From a virus, in UHGV virus genome UHGV-1624389: a DNA stretch of 26,134 bases, one strand, 5' to 3'. The position numbers and the translations under genes were made by a program. The notes below the pieces were generated by a model, which was given only the letters and a program-made list of their open reading frames with translations, did no database searches and was not told the origin of the DNA. Within the stretch, counting starts at the first letter, position 1. The number at the start of each line of letters is the position of its first letter. Below are positions 25,435-26,134 of the stretch, piece after piece.

Positions 25435-26134
25435 TGAGTGGATGACAAAGAAGCTTGAATCGCCACGGATAATCTAGACACTTCCGAGCCGTTGATAATA
25501 CTGGTTTTCATATTCTGTCGGTGACATCTGATCGCTGGAACCATGCCGACGCTTACTGTTATAAAACATTTCGATGTAATCAAAAATATCGCTGCGGGCT
25601 TCTTCCCGCGTTCCGTAGATCTTTTTCTTTATCCGTTCGCGTTTCAACAACTGGAAAAAGCTTTCTGCAACCGCATTATCATGGCAGTTACCGCGACGGC
25701 TCATGCTGCCCTCCAGGCCGTGTGATTTCAGGAACGACTGCCACTCATGGCTTGTGTACTGACTGCCCTGATCCGAATGAACCAGCACCTGTTTTTGGGG
25801 ATTACGGCGCCATACAGCCATCAGCAGTGCGTTCAGGACAATGTCCTTTGTCATCCGGGATTGCATGGACCAGCCGATAATTTTGCGTGAGAACAGATCA
25901 ACAACCACGGCAAGATACAGCCAGCCTTCGTGGGTCCTGATGTAGGTTATGTCCGTTACCCAACGCTTATCCGGAGCATCCGGATTGAACTGTCGCTGGA
26001 GCCTGTTGGGCGACACGATACTGGCCTCGCCTTTACGTGCCCGCGGGCTCCGGTATCCGACCTGAGCCTTTATCCCGACACGTTTCATCAGTCGCCAGAC
26101 TCTGTTCACTCCGCACTGTTGCCCGCTGTCCCGC
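25435..26134 (-). mobile_element. IS3-family insertion sequence, partial; extends beyond the right edge
   Basis: Contains an IS3-family orfB-type transposase. The left boundary is uncertain: the TGAGTGG... stretch at about 25435 is a guess at the terminal inverted repeat, made from memory of IS3-family ends. Confidence 0.6.
25474..26109 (-). CDS. IS3-family transposase OrfB (DDE integrase core)
   Basis: 211 aa: ...WVTDITYIRTHEGWLYLAVVVDLFSRKIIGWSM...HSDQGSQYTS...GNCHDNAVAESFF..., an RNase-H-like DDE pattern close to IS3 InsF as remembered. The orfA/frameshift region lies outside the window. Confidence 0.85.
   Translation of the reverse strand: MNRVWRLMKRVGIKAQVGYRSPRARKGEASIVSPNRLQRQFNPDAPDKRWVTDITYIRTHEGWLYLAVVVDLFSRKIIGWSMQSRMTKDIVLNALLMAVWRRNPQKQVLVHSDQGSQYTSHEWQSFLKSHGLEGSMSRRGNCHDNAVAESFFQLLKRERIKKKIYGTREEARSDIFDYIEMFYNSKRRHGSSDQMSPTEYENQYYQRLGSV

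Noticed and set aside
25308-25583. 91-aa minus-strand ORF crossing the IS boundary
   Set aside because: It overlaps the 3' end of the transposase gene in another frame and runs into the boxA region. No start signal, so probably spurious.

Overview
This window reads as about 25 kb of a temperate (lambdoid-organised) enterobacterial prophage, ending in a partial IS3-family element at the right edge. All calls rest on reading the supplied ORF translations and the raw sequence; no searches were run, and family names come from remembered motifs. Almost all phage genes are on the minus strand, so the phage map runs right to left. From the right: a cI-like repressor (+) with divergent cro-like gene and GTAC-core operators; a pL-like promoter and boxA-like element after cI that run straight into the IS; a YdaT/CII-position protein; an O-like replication gene with embedded 15-bp iterons; a nin-like block (Dam-type methyltransferase, LexA DNA-binding-domain-only protein, RusA, KilA-N, DUF968); Q antiterminator; lysis cassette (lambda-family holin, an endolysin that matches lambda R closely from memory, Rz/Rz1); HNH endonuclease, small and large terminase; HK97-type portal, protease and capsid; head-tail joining genes; and a Mu-like contractile tail (sheath, tube, frameshifted chaperone, tape measure, DNA-circulation N-like, partial baseplate gene). 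Two AT-rich insertions stand out. The main candidate for an undescribed system is a plus-strand two-gene cassette at 16681-18244, wedged between Q and the holin: a ~343-aa soluble protein translationally coupled to a ~179-aa four-helix membrane protein, an architecture like RexAB and other sensor-plus-membrane-effector abortive-infection modules. The second is a single signal-anchored protein gene with its own terminator between the tape-measure and N-like genes (2150-2680). No integrase, N gene, tRNA or CRISPR array is visible.
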